Positions 61,658 to 64,000 of a DNA stretch of 64,000 nt are shown here, one piece after another. The notes beneath the pieces are model-generated. The model did not search any database. It was not told where the DNA came from and saw only the letters and a list, made by a program, of their open reading frames with translations. The position numbers were made by a program, and so were the translations under genes. The stretch's first letter is position 1. Every line of letters starts with the position of its first letter. Source of the DNA: Octopus vulgaris. Lineage: Eukaryota. The stretch is from assembly GCA_951406725.2 (NCBI GenBank), contig OX597816.1, forward strand, positions 77,624,001 to 77,688,000, given 5' to 3'.

Positions 61658-62404
61658 TCTCTCTCTATATAAACGGCAGTTTGTCTGTGCGTGTTTCTGT
61701 GTGTCTGTTTTCTCGTACCCTCACTCTGACCACGGCTTTCAACCGATTCTGATGAAACTTGACACACACATAGCCCAATGTCATAATTCAAAACTAACGC
61801 AGCGAAAATTTTGAAAAGTTCCCCCAGTTCTGAAAAAAAATCGATAAATTCGACATGGGGTCGAGAATGAGAAACCCAAACCACAGACCGTCTAGGGGAC
61901 GCAACTCCACCTGTTTTAACTCTCAAAAAAAATTTACCATCATTTTTTTCTATTTTTTGGCTATAACTCTCTAAAAATGCTTTATAGTTATTTCCCTTAC
62001 AAACCTGAGCAACGCCGGGCGATACTGCTATCTCTCTCTATATAAACGGCAGTTTGTCTGTGCGTGTTTCTGTGTGTCTGTTTTCTCGTACCCTCACTCT
62101 GACCACGGCTTTCAACCGATTCTGATGAAACTTGACACACACATAGCCCAATGTCATAATTCAAAACTAACGCAGCGAAAATTTTGAAAAGTTCCCCCAG
62201 TTCTGAAAAAAATCGATAAATTCGACATGGGGTCGAGAATGAGAAACCCAAACCACAGACCGTCTAGGGGACGCAACTCCACCTGTTTTAACTCTCAAAA
62301 AAAATTTACCATCATTTTTTTCCTATTTTTTGGCTATAACTCTCTAAAAATGCTTTATAGTTATTTCCCTTACAAACCTGAGCAACGCCGGGCGATACTG
62401 CTAG
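61658..62404 (+). mobile_element. Head-to-tail dimer of a 373-bp non-autonomous Helitron
   Basis: A|TC 5' end, 3' CTAG|T, subterminal hairpin cctgagcaacgccggg, no TSD; units 61658-62030 and 62031-62404 nearly identical. Confidence 0.85.
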
Positions 62405-62794
62405 TTATTATTATTATTATTAGGTTTATGAATTTGTTTTGCAAAATTCCTGATGTAAAATCGTGTGTTGAAACATTGTTATATATCAGCAAATGTAACT
62501 ATTATTATTATTATTATTCCAGCTCTTTGCGTTCTGAGATCAAATTCTGCCTTGACTTAGCCCTTCAAGGTCGATGGAATAAGAACCAGCTGAGCACTGG
62601 GGTCCATGTATCGACTTACATGTTCCCACCAAAATTTCAGGTCTTCTATTTCTTCAATCTTAAGCTGTTTGTCTCTTTAGAAGAAATTGGCTGTAGCCAG
62701 TATTGGAGAGGGATGGGTTGATCCTAGTCTAAATACACTCAATGCGGCTGTGACGTTGTAGGCGTTCTTATTGAACTGAGTCGTTTCTAACAGC

Positions 62795-64000
62795 CGCTTC
62801 AGTCATTAGACTGCGGTCATGCTAGAGCACCACCTTGAAAAATTTCAGTCGAGTGAATTGACTCCAGTACTTATTTTTTGTAAAGCCTGGTACTTATTTT
62901 ATCGGCCTCTTTTTCCGAACCGCTAAGTTACGACCACGTAAAAACCAACACCGGCTGTCAAGCGCTGGTGGGGGACAAACATACACAAGGGAACACATTT
63001 CCGACAGTGTTCTTTCAGTTTCTGTCTGCCAATCCGTTCACAAGGCTTTGGTCAACCTGAGGCAATATTGAAGACACTTGCCCAAGGTGCCATGCTGTTG
63101 GGAGACAAACTTCCTACCACACAGCTACGTATGCGCCTGTTCTCTGTAATTTAGAAAATGAAATATTTTAAACGGAAAATTAATTAAAGAAAAAATTTTC
63201 TGATTTATCTTTTACGTTTCCATCATTGGTTTGAGGTCATACTGGGGCCCCACCTTGAATAGTTTTAGTCAAACAGATCCCCTCCAGTACTTATGAATCT
63301 GGTTCTTTTTCTACTGGTCCCTTGCTGGACCCTTAGATTACGGGAACGCAAACCAACATCGATTTTTAAGCGATGTGTGTGTTTGTATGTGTGCACTGTT
63401 TACCCATACAAGCACGATGGGTTTTCTTACAGTTTCCGTCTCCCAAATCTACTCACTGTAACTGATGACACTTTCTCAAGATGTCGTGCAGCAGGACTGA
63501 ACCCGAAACCATGCACTTGCAAAGCGAGCATCTTAACCACACAGCCACGGTCGCTTAATTGTTTTTAAAAATCATTTTATTGCTTTTAGAAATACTGATA
63601 AAAGAATGATTTAAGAATAATCGATATTTGAAGGAAAAGACAAATTACCTTAAACATTCAGCATTGTGAAAGAAAAGGAAATGCTGACTCTTGCTGAGTA
63701 AGAGCAATCAGGAAGTAAGGACTTAACTGTTCCATAAATATTACAAATTTCTGTTTTTTAACTGGGTGACGAGATGCAAAGTAAAATATATAACTTTGGA
63801 ATACTGTTGTTGACAGCAAGTACTCGTGGTTTTATTTTTTATTTATGTCAAGTCATGAAGAATTTTAGTCGAACGGGTCAACCCCAGTGCTTCTATTTTA
63901 AGGCTAGTATCTATTCCTATGGGTCTCTTTTGCCGAATCGTTAAGCTACGGGGACATAAACACACCAACACCAGTTGCCAAGGGTGGTGAGGGGGACACG
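62795..64000 (-). mobile_element. Cluster of three further SINE copies (about 62795-63130, 63225-63550, 63860-end)
   Basis: Recurrent ccagtacttatt..., gccgaaccgctaagttacg and accacacagc segments. Confidence 0.75.

Noticed and set aside
61645-62721. Duplicated 84-93 aa ORFs and a 164-aa ORF
   Set aside because: Fall within the non-coding Helitron dimer; no protein motif

Overview
AT-rich animal genomic DNA, most likely a coleoid cephalopod (Octopus-like; inferred from the repeat landscape of RTE LINE tails ending in (GAT)n, tRNA-derived SINEs and dense microsatellites). The window is dominated by one + strand gene with 22 phase-consistent GT-AG coding exons (10048-56854, 12,012 nt, about 4,000 aa; the true 5' end may lie upstream of the window). 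Its domain order is PHD - Cys/His zinc motif - BRK - TFIIS-central - SPOC - long low-complexity tail, which makes it the invertebrate ortholog of DIDO1/PHF3 (Drosophila pps). Introns and flanks hold RTE-clade LINE fragments, several SINE families (some nested, with TSDs), TTAA-flanked piggyBac-like MITEs, hAT and mariner MITEs, a Chapaev3-like transposase relic and a tandem Helitron dimer. Most notable: (1) an RTE reverse transcriptase with a complete PHD-type finger inserted in frame inside the RT, plus a variable array of hairpin repeats in its 3' UTR; (2) a host PHD finger that has lost its H3K4me3 aromatic cage; (3) repeated short linear motifs in the host protein (six D-[VQ]-D-x-R, a Y-x-P cluster after SPOC, PVST octapeptide repeats with a DHxY motif). 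No prokaryote-type system or CRISPR array was found.
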